This document shows positions 54,601 through 64,000 of a DNA stretch of 64,000 nt, piece after piece. Under the pieces are notes generated by a model, which was not told the DNA's origin, did no database searches, and saw nothing but the letters and a program-made list of their open reading frames with translations. The stretch comes from the human T2T-CHM13v2.0 reference genome, Homo sapiens, in the NCBI GenBank assembly GCA_009914755.4, contig CP068257.2:18720001-18784000 (forward strand). The letters run 5' to 3'. Every line of letters begins with the position of its first letter. The first letter of the stretch is position 1. The position numbers and the translations under genes are program-made.

Positions 54601-57150
54601 TTACATACGCCCCTATTTTCTGTCCATTGCCTCATTTTTGTCTGCTTCTGTGCCATATACCCTGGAGTCAGGATCACTGTGGTTCAATATTCCCAGAGAC
54701 TAAAATTCTGGTCCTCTTAGAAGCCTGGGAGAAGAAATGATTCAGCCATTCATCCAGTTCTTCTAACTTCAGCCCCAAATTTTTCACCTGACCTCCACAG
54801 TCCCTCCAAACTCAAAACACCTCAAGGAGTCAAGTGAATGCGACTAGTTTTATCTCTATCATTACCCCTCTTCATCCTTAGGTTCCAGCTTTCTCTGCTC
54901 TGCTAGAGTCCATTTCCTCCCTTTCTTTTAAAATACATAGTGACATTGTTTCTTCAAGGTGTTTTCTTTTCTATTTTTTTTCTCATGGACCTGTATGCCT
55001 CTTGCCATTTTAGTTGATGTTCTAAAATGCAACAAAAATAAACAAACTTGTTCACTCTGATGGTCATACCATCATTCTCCTCTTTATATTTTATCTAATT
55101 TACTGATACTACTGTCCATCAACTTACCACAGCTACAAAGCTGAAATTCAAATGTATTTCTTCTCCCTTGTCTCCCATACAACTTAATCACAAAGACAGA
55201 CATATCTTGCCTCATTAAAAAAAAATCAGTACACTAATCTCTAATGCTAATGATACTGCTTTAAAGGCTTCTCATCATCTGTCAATCAACTACTGGGACC
55301 CATTGTCCCTCCTTTTAGAATGCATCCTCAAACCCATCATCCACTAATCTGCAGGGTCATCTCTCTCATATGCACTGCTGATGGTGTACCTTCTCTTTTC
55401 AAATCCTTCAAAAGCTGATCTCATGGGTCTAGATCAATGTGCAGCTTAGCATGGAACACAGGGCCTTCCTGGGAGGATCTCTTGACATTATCTCATCCAT
55501 AAATTTTCACTGCTCCCAGGCTTATACTCAATGTTCTACAATTATCTACAATCTCCATAACTTTGCCATTTCCTCAGATTAAAATGACTTTCTTACTTCA
55601 TCTTTTCAGTCTCTGATTTTCCAAAATAAATCAGGCCCTTTGTTTTCTCCACCATGAAACCTTCTTTGTTCCCTGCCTCCCCTACCCAGCCTATCTTGCT
55701 CAACCTTGCTGACTTAGTCATTGATTATTTTCTTTGATCCTGGAAGCTACCTCCATTATTATCTTTATCATAATTATTTTTAAATTTTTTTCCTCCCTTT
55801 GAGAAGTAGCTGTTTTACAGTAGGTACTGGTTCTTTATTTAAAGTTTAATTATTGCTTTTAACATAGTGATAAATACATAATTGAATTTAAAGAAAAATT
55901 AACAGATCTCTTTGTTCTGAATAAGGAAGCAGCCAGAGAGGTGAGAGTACGCTCTGACATTAAAGTAGGTGGTAATGTGTATTCCAATTCATTTTTGTCT
56001 TTTTCTAGTACTAACAAACTTCATTGCTCAATGCTATTACTTATTACTTCTTGAAATGTTGTCTCCTACCTTCTCCTACTAAATACTCCAACTCAGGTCA
56101 GATACAGTGCATTTTCAAAGCTCCCCATACAAAAAAAGTCTTATATTAATATGATCCATCAGAAATAATGACATTCAGAACTTATTCCTTTTCTGTGCTG
56201 CAAGGTCAATTTTCCTACCTCTATTGAAGCATTCATCACTCTAAGCAGCAAAGCAAAATCCTCCCAGAACTTAAGAATAGAATTATGGTAATATCAACTT
56301 GCAGTGGTTGACCTAGCCTTGCATAAAGTAGAATTATTCCAAGCAATAACAGACAAATGGGTGATTAAGCATTTTTTTTCAAAAAAGAGGTCAGGATCTT
56401 GCTTTAGAAAAAGACTACCTGTATGGACAGGCTTAAGTCTGTTGTAAAATTAATGTCTAAAATGAAGAATGTTTCAGTCAGGAACAAATGAATGTTCAGT
56501 GGAGAAAAAAGGGAAACAGTGGAATTCTAATATGCATCTAGCATTGATTGGGGAGATGACCGTGCTGAAGAGTACAGACTTTCTATCAAATTTGGAGGAG
56601 ACACACACATCATACACACAGACATGCACACACACAGGTGCATTCTCAGATAGGTTGATGATATCACTGATGAATTTTGGTTCTGTTTACATAGCTCTTT
56701 CTTTCATTATCCTGAGAAGATAAAGTTGTTCTTTCCATTTATATATCCAAGCATACATTTACTGCTCAAGAACTTTTATTAAGTGGGTGTGTATATGTAC
56801 AATATTTTAAACACAAACATATGTTGGTATATTGATTATAAATCTCAGTTACAAACTATGATTACATCAGTTCAATTCTTGGGTTGTGATTTTATAAGCC
56901 TTATGAAAAACTATGTTGATAGTGAGATTGCTCGACAGTTTCTTTTATATGTTTTTCTTTCTCACTTTGATTGTTATTGTGCATTCCAAGGTAACCCTTT
57001 TATAGAAGCAGAGCCAAGAATAACAACATTATCAGTCTTCTCTACTTTCAAGTTGAAATGTGATGTATCAGTCACTAATATTCCAAACACTATGAAATAA
57101 ATTGTCTGGAGCTTTGTGGCTCCTTCTTTTTCCTACCTCCTTTGTTTTAT

Positions 57151-57275
57151 TTGCTTTGTGGTGTATAATAACCCTTGACATGTTATATTTAATTATTTTA
57201 AAACATGGTGCATCACGTATGTCATGTCCCAGGAGGTCATGATTTAACATGGAGGAGAGGAATATTCTTCAGAAA
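57151..57275 (+). repeat. copy A of an ~125-bp direct duplication (partner at 58322-58448)
   Basis: TTTGCTTTGTGGTGTATAATAACCCTTGACATGTTATATTTAATTATTTTAAAACATGGTGCATCACGTATGTCATGTCCCAGGAGGTCATGATTTAACATGGAGGAGAGGAATATTCTTC. Confidence 0.8.
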
Positions 57276-58239
57276 CAAAAGCAGATGCTAGAGAATTGAA
57301 GATGTCCACACAATTACCCAGTGTAACAAAAATAAGCTATATACATATTCTTCCTGACTTTTCTTTCTTCATTGTGTGAAGGACAGTTTTATGTCTAATT
57401 TTCTCTTTGGGTTCATCATTTTCATGAGCATGTAATGTGCCAAATGTGAATACATCTAGTAGATGCAGTAGAAGATGCTAACATTCTGGATATATTCCCC
57501 GAACAGCCTTAAGAATTCAATCCTTTATTACTATATCTCACTATACTTGCAATGTTGTAAATAGAGAAAAAATAAAATGGACAAGATCAAAACTGTAAAT
57601 TATTGCAACTACCTCCCCCCAAAATAAGTGCTTAAACATGATAAGAATATTTCCTTTGTGTTTTAGAAACAAATGTTGCACTATAATTCATACAATTTGT
57701 TCTAAGTCTAAAAGAGTCCCAAAATACTAATATTTAGATATTTAAAACTGAAAATAGATAGACCTATATCACTGTAAAAATATAGACACTGGACTTTGCA
57801 AATCATGAATCAACATTGGGAAACAGTCATTGTACACATCAGTGAACATATGAAATTCAAGGAGGACAAAAGAACAAACCCAATAGTAGGGATCATAATT
57901 CAAATCAACAAGTCAACAAAGTCTCACATCGCCTTTTAAATTTTTATTTACAAAAATTTTCTCACTTACTACCTTCAGTTTGCTCCGGCCTCTTGTTTTC
58001 CTTTCCCGTTTATCTTTATTCTTTTTGTATACCCTTTAAACTCATATCCTTCATCATTTTCCACAAAATTACTTTGTCTTTCATATTTAGAATAAACTTT
58101 AAATTGAAAGCAATAGGATTATTAAAAAAATTTTAAGGTGCACGGAAGGACACAGACACCTGATCGTTAGGAAAACATAAACAAGAGGTCTTGAATTGGA
58201 AGGAGTCATGGAAGATCTGCAAACCCAACAGTCTTCTGT

Positions 58240-58560
58240 GTGTTTCTCTCTTGCTTTCTCCATTTCTAATCCCCCATTCTTTGTCCCTTCTCCCCCTTCT
58301 CTGTCTCTCTCTCTCTCTCTCTTTGCTTTGTGGTGTGTAATAGCCTTTGACATGATATATTTAATTATTTTAAAACATGGTGCATTACATATGTCATGTT
58401 CCAGGAGGTCATGATTTAACATGGAGGAGAGGAATTTTCTTAGGAGAGGAATTTTCTTCTACCCCTCCTTCTCTCTTTCTTTCTCTCCCCCTACCTCCTT
58501 CCCTTTCTGTTTCTTTCTTCTTTCTCTTTCCCTCACTCCAGTCTCTCCCTGCAAGCGTGT
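58240..58560. repeat. CT-rich low-complexity block with (CT)n microsatellite, enclosing copy B (58322-58448) of the ~125-bp duplication and a 17-bp internal tandem repeat
   Basis: Copy B is TCTCTCTCTCTCTCTCTTTGCTTTGTGGTGTGTAATAGCCTTTGACATGATATATTTAATTATTTTAAAACATGGTGCATTACATATGTCATGTTCCAGGAGGTCATGATTTAACATGGAGGAGAGGAATTTTCTTAGGAGAGGAATTTTCTTC. It is followed by the CT-rich run CCCCTCCTTCTCTCTTTCTTTCTCTCCCCCTACCTCCTTCCCTTTCTGTTTCTTTCTTCTTTCTCTTTCCCTC. ORFs 57068-57250(-) and 58099-58422(-) both begin MLNHDLL.HDI..APCFKIIKY, which reflects the duplication. Confidence 0.8.
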
Positions 58561-59131
58561 CTCCATCTGGAGTATCTGCCTTTGATTTCTCTGCCTTGCT
58601 CAAGGTCCAGTGTGTGATCATGCCATAAAGCACATGCCTTTCCAGCTTTAACGCTGTCATCAGGTGACTTAATTTCTTAGCTTTTCAAGTCCATTGAGTA
58701 CCATGTGATTTGTCTAGCTTCTCTATTTAACAGAAGCCACAAATCAAAGGTAGTTAACCGGGTTATTGAATGGTTGTCATTGAGTAGGATTTATACTGCT
58801 TTATCAATTGTCAACAGCTGCGGAGGACAGAAACACAATGAACAAAAAAATGCAGCTTTCTCTTCAGGTGGTGATAACAAGTTCTAGTACACATAGAAAT
58901 CCTCCACGGCTTTATTTTCTCTGTACATTTGATTTCCAGTCACAACTTGCCTTTATATCAATTCAATCAACACAGAGACTATTGACTTTATACAAAGCAA
59001 TTATTAATTTCCTCATCCTCACATTTATTTCACACTGTTAAGCTGAATTTAACTTTGATATCAAATGAAGTTTATGTTCTTGATAATATTTTCAAAACAA
59101 ATTATTCAAACACGTAGAGTGTGTGTCTTCA

Positions 59132-59467
<336 letters not shown>

Positions 59468-59886
59468 TTAACCCATTATACAATCTTCACCTTCAAAACA
59501 ATTCCTTGATGTTTTTCACTGTAGTCAGTAATCTGGTGTTGATTGAACATTTGACTTCTGCATCATAGAATGCATTATACTAAGGTAAGACTCTGCCACA
59601 CTGTCTGATTACTTTATCCCTGCCCTTCCCTATTGGGTAGGTATTTTTGACTAGTTACCTCGTGATTTCAACAGGGAGCCAATAGAAATTCAACAATTAG
59701 AAAGCCATGTAGAAATAATTAACAGCTATGTAAGTATAATACCTTGTCTAAGAAGTAGAACTAAATCAACCCCTAGCTACTCCCCAGGACTTTATAACTT
59801 AAATGTAGCCCAAAGTAATCAAACAATAGTGTCAACTCAGCTAAACTTCTTTCCCCCTGTGTTTTGTGAACGTCGGAAGATTTTAG

Positions 59887-60020
59887 TCTGGGCGTGGTGG
59901 CTCATGACTATAATCCCAGCACTTTGGGAGACTGAGGCAGGTGGATCACCTAAGTTTGGGAGTTCGAGACCAGACTGACCAACATGGAGAAACCCCGTCT
60001 CTACTAAATAAATAAAAATT
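59887..60020 (+). mobile_element. partial Alu / free left Alu monomer-like fragment
   Basis: TCTGGGCGTGGTGGCTCATGACTATAATCCCAGCACTTTGGGAGACTGAGGCAGGTGGATCACCTAAGTTTGGGAGTTCGAGACCAGACTGACCAACATGGAGAAACCCCGTCTCTACTAAATAAATAAAAATTG. Confidence 0.8.
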
Positions 60021-62296
60021 GTAAAACCTCATTAAATCCCACATCTCATTTCAGTCATCTTTCCCTTTCACAGTTAAATCTCTTAAAAGACTTAAATCAG
60101 TGATTCCAGGCCTTTACCACATATTGTTTATGCTACTGCAATCTGATTTCCTGCCTCCACCACTGTATTTTGCTCTTGTCCAACAGAACAGTGCTAACTT
60201 TTCTGTAAAGGGTAACTTTTCATACCTTATCTATCCTGACTTGTCAGCATTAGTTGTATTTATTGAGGACCCTTCTTCTTAAATGATTTTTTTTTTCCAT
60301 CCTGGATGTCCACTTTTGCTTACTGGAAATTAACCATTCATCCACCCATAGAATTTGCTGTTTCTTCAGAATTCTGTCCTAGGCTTTCATCTCTTCTCAC
60401 TTGAACACTTGTGCTAGGTGATCTCCATTATTCCCATTATTTCTGTTACCATCTCTATGAGGCTGTCTTCAAAATACATCTCCAGCTCAGCCCACCTTAA
60501 TGAGCTCCAAGTCCATGTATCCACGAGGCTCCTGCAGATCCCAAAGCACCATAAATATCAACTAAGTTCTCTACATGTTTCTTCTAATTTGGTTTTGTTC
60601 GTGGTTCCTGTATTTGGCAGGGCTTCCTGGAAATGGACTTACAGATGGAAATTTGTAGCTAGAAAATTTCAGGGGAATGCTGCTGGTAGGAGAGTAGGGA
60701 GAGTGGGCTTAGAAGAAAGAGGAGCTGAATTTCAATGCAGTTGCAAAATAGGCTTTAGTTAATACCACAGTAAGCTCTAAAGCTGAAACCTTCTGAGTTG
60801 TTCCAAATTGAGGCAAAACAGTTGTGTCTTTATACCAAGGCATTCACCATTTTGCCTGACCATTGAAGGATGGTTAGGAACCTTGAAAAATGTATTTCCT
60901 TTCGGAAAGACAGATCTTTAGGAAAGCCTCAGATGAGCCAACAGCTGGCCTTAGTGAGCTAGTTGGCATCATTCCTGGTAGCTGGATGAATGAATGCCTC
61001 ATTTCCAAAGAGTGATGTTGGAGGCTCAAGAAGTATCTATTGCAGTACACAATATCCAAAACATGAATCAACCCCAGCTTGGTACAGATTCTCTAAGATT
61101 CGTATTCTCTTTCATGGAGAAACTTAGAAGAGGAAGGTTAATTGGACAGAGGAAAGTTTTACAGTGGTGTAGCAATTCTGCAGGCAACTCTTATCATGTC
61201 TGCCTAGTTTACATGACCCACACCCTCTCTTCACATCTCTGTTAGCCTAAGTGCATTAGAAGGTAGAGTGAGTCATACATGCATTCCAGAGGTGTCTGGG
61301 CTTATCCATCTTCTGCATGCATTTCTCAGGATGTGACTACTGCACTTGTCCATTTGAAATACAAGTTGGACAGGAGAGTAGCAAGAGATACCCCAATGTT
61401 TCACCTGAATATGAAATTAATTCTTCCCGGCCTCCCCTGTATAATATCACCCCTAGTTCCTCCCTTGCTAATGGTGACACTCTTCTTTGATATAGAGAGA
61501 TATAATCACTAGGTGGCAACCACAAATTAAAGTTCAGTGGTACTCTTACTATGCTTCCTGGTGAAAGCATTTCTTCTCAGGAAAGTAGAAACTTTTGACC
61601 CATGGAACCTAAAGACTTGGAGACAGGAAACATGAATTTCCCATGTTGGAAGTGACAATGGGTGAAACACTTCTATTTTCATTCTTTGATATCTGCACCT
61701 GTGTATTCTACCTACTGGGGACACAACACCATAAAATGATAATTACTTTGAAATGAATGCTGCACTATGGAACATGGAACCATGGAACCCCATCATTTAA
61801 AAGTATCACTTCCAAAAGGGTGCATCACCTGCAGCTTTAAAACATATTTCTTTGCTCTATCGGGATAGTAGTTTCTGGGTGTTATGACTTGCAATGTGAC
61901 CGGCAGATTCCATGGTCATGAGTTCCTTGTCAAAAAAGACAGTTTTAAAAAATCAAATGTGAAATTACACATCTGCAAATCTATAAATTTTATATGGCTA
62001 AAGCCCTGTGGGCAGGAAAGACAAACCCTTAGCCGGAATAGATACTGATCTCATCAAGAAGAATCACTGACCTTTCAGATTAAAAGTAGTAATACCTAAT
62101 AAATGTGCCAACAGGTTTTGGGGGTTCAACATTGATTTATTCTATTAGATATTTGAACATTAGGCTTGGGCAGTAAATAGCTATGATTTCTGCTACTATG
62201 GCTACTCTGTTATGAATTATTTAGCCAATATGCAATGACAGAGGTTTGCTGATGCCTGTCAACTATGCCATTCTGTTTACATGGTTGCTTAGTACC

Positions 62297-62670
62297 TGTA
62301 TTAGTCCATTTTCATACTGCTATAAACAACTTCCAAAGACTGGGTAATCTGTAAAGGAAAGAGGTTTAATTGACTCCCTGCAGGGCTGGGGAGACATCAG
62401 AAAACTTACGATCATGGTAAAAGGGGAAGCAAACACATCCTACTTCTCATGGCGGCAGGAAGGGAAAGAATGAGTGCTGAGCTAAGGGAGAGCACCTGAT
62501 AAAACCATCAGATCTCATGAGAACACACTCACTATCATGAGAACAGCAAGGAGGAAAACCACTCCCATGATTCAGTTACCTCCCACAAGGCCTCTCCCAT
62601 GACATGTGGGGATTATGAGAACTACAATTCAAGATGAGATTTGGGTGGGGACACAGCCAAAGTGCATTAG
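62297..62670 (-). mobile_element. second MaLR LTR (MST/THE1-type), minus orientation
   Basis: TGTATTAGTCCATTTTCATACTGCTATAAACAACTTCCAAAGACTGGGTAATCTGTAAAGGAAAGAGGTTTAATTGACTCCCTGCAGGGCTGGGGAGACATCAGAAAACTTACGATCATGGTAAAAGGGGAAGCAAACACATCCTACTTCTCATGGCGGCAGGAAGGGAAAGAATGAGTGCTGAGC...GGGATTATGAGAACTACAATTCAAGATGAGATTTGGGTGGGGACACAGCCAAAGTGCATTA. It has the same family architecture as the copy at 51261-51632. Confidence 0.7.
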
Positions 62671-64000
62671 TGCCCACTCCAACTCTGAAAATTGTGTATC
62701 ATCCCAATTGGTGTTCTTATCTGAATTGCAGAATTAAAAAAAAAAACAAAAACAAAAACTCTACAGAAAGAGTGGAATTATTAGGTTGAGAACCCAACAT
62801 GTCCTGGAAATATTCTACACTTATAATTAAATTTTGTGCCTTATTTTAAAGTTTCTGCCCTTTAAGTACCAAAAATAAATATCTTTTTCAAGGCAGCCTT
62901 CTCACTTTCACAGTCACTTAAACTTTGATTAACAATGTCAGTTTCTCCTTATCTTTCTCCAACATATATTTGTAGGACTTAATAACAGCCATCTGATACC
63001 ACAGTCCTTATGACTGCCAATTCCCACCACAGCTCACAACTCTTCTGAGCTATTGCACAATTCAGTTCATTTCATTCTGTCAGTATCGCATCTGAATTCC
63101 TCAGTAATCAATTGTACAACTGTAGTGAGGGGCTATCACTACTCCATGTGCCCTCCAATTTTGAATTCTCTCTGTCTCGGTAGTTTAATGGATCCAATGA
63201 ACATGAGTCAGCTTTAGAAACAGTGCTCCATGTTTTATTATTCAATGCATGGTGATGCCCATGCATCAGTGACAACTTCAATAGTTTTTGAAATGTCTGA
63301 GTACTCTAATTTTTCTACTGTATGATTGCCGTGTAATTGGCATTAGGTGCATTTTGGGGAGAATTATTGCGACAACATTTTTTTTTCAAGAGGGCCTCTA
63401 CTTCAATCAAAATTTCCAAGTCTGAGTACTGGCTCAGCTCCAGAAACTGAGCAAGTGATGATGAATTTTATTGTATCATCTGCACTTACCTCCTGATCAT
63501 TCACCTTTAGTGTATGTACATGTTTATCCTATACATTGAGAAATACTCTCATTGGCTACCCATCTCCCGTCCTCTCAGAACATTATGTTCTAATCATTAT
63601 TTCCATAACCCTCTGCAGTTGAGAATTTCTGTCTCGACGTTGTTTATTGCTTAATTGTACTCCTGCTTTTTCCTGTATTTAAACATAGCCAGCTGGTCCC
63701 TATTATTTTGAGATCCAATTATTCCCATTGTTTCCTGTTGTTTTTAAGAAGACCAATTCTATAACGAAATCCCTTATTGTCAGTCATGTCCTAGAGAGGA
63801 CAGCCATCATTGAGCTTTGCAGCAATGCTGTTGTCCCTAATAATAGAGTGTCTTCTGAGTTCTTATGTAAAACATCATCAGCTGGTGAGTTTTCTGATCT
63901 TATGTCACATGTCTACTCTACAATGATCATTTTCTAACAAGATATTTCTGCTCCCCTTTTGACACAGCCCTGACAGAATCCAGTCCCTAGATACTCTGCT

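Overview
This window is primate (almost certainly human) nuclear DNA, not prokaryotic sequence. It carries at least 13 Alu SINE copies or fragments on both strands, several LINE-1 3' ends with the ORF2 motifs REMQIKTTMRYH and RFNAIPIK, MaLR THE1/MST-type LTRs, an LTR12 (HERV-9) fragment, pogo/Tigger DNA-transposon remnants, and many microsatellites. The sequence is visibly AT-rich and CpG-poor, and roughly half of it is interspersed repeat. I find no intact protein-coding gene, no rRNA or tRNA, and no CRISPR array. Nothing resembles a prokaryotic operon, defence island or secretion system, so the premise of a novel bacterial-type system does not hold here. The provided ORFs are short, and almost all lie inside Alu or L1 copies or in low-complexity DNA. 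The one clear gene-derived feature is an intronless fragment of farnesyl diphosphate synthase (FDPS) at about 29583-30133 on the + strand. It is disabled by an in-frame stop and a 1-bp deletion and truncated at both ends, which identifies it as a processed (retro)pseudogene. Features that stand out are listed here. 1) An old L1 lies in minus orientation at about 19000-25330 and was later hit by two Alus and an L1PA 3' end. 2) Two L1PA 3' ends sit in the same orientation about 500 bp apart. 3) There are two local direct duplications, about 520 bp at 39551/41648 and about 125 bp at 57151/58322. 4) The LTR12 fragment retains its tandem CCAAT (NF-Y) box array. 5) A near-consensus AluY has a recognisable target-site duplication. 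6) A compound (TA)n/(TCTA)n short tandem repeat is present. 7) An unclassified GC-richer block lies at 38060-39010. All coordinates are approximate (about +/-10 bp), and family names come from recalled consensus sequences, not from a database search.
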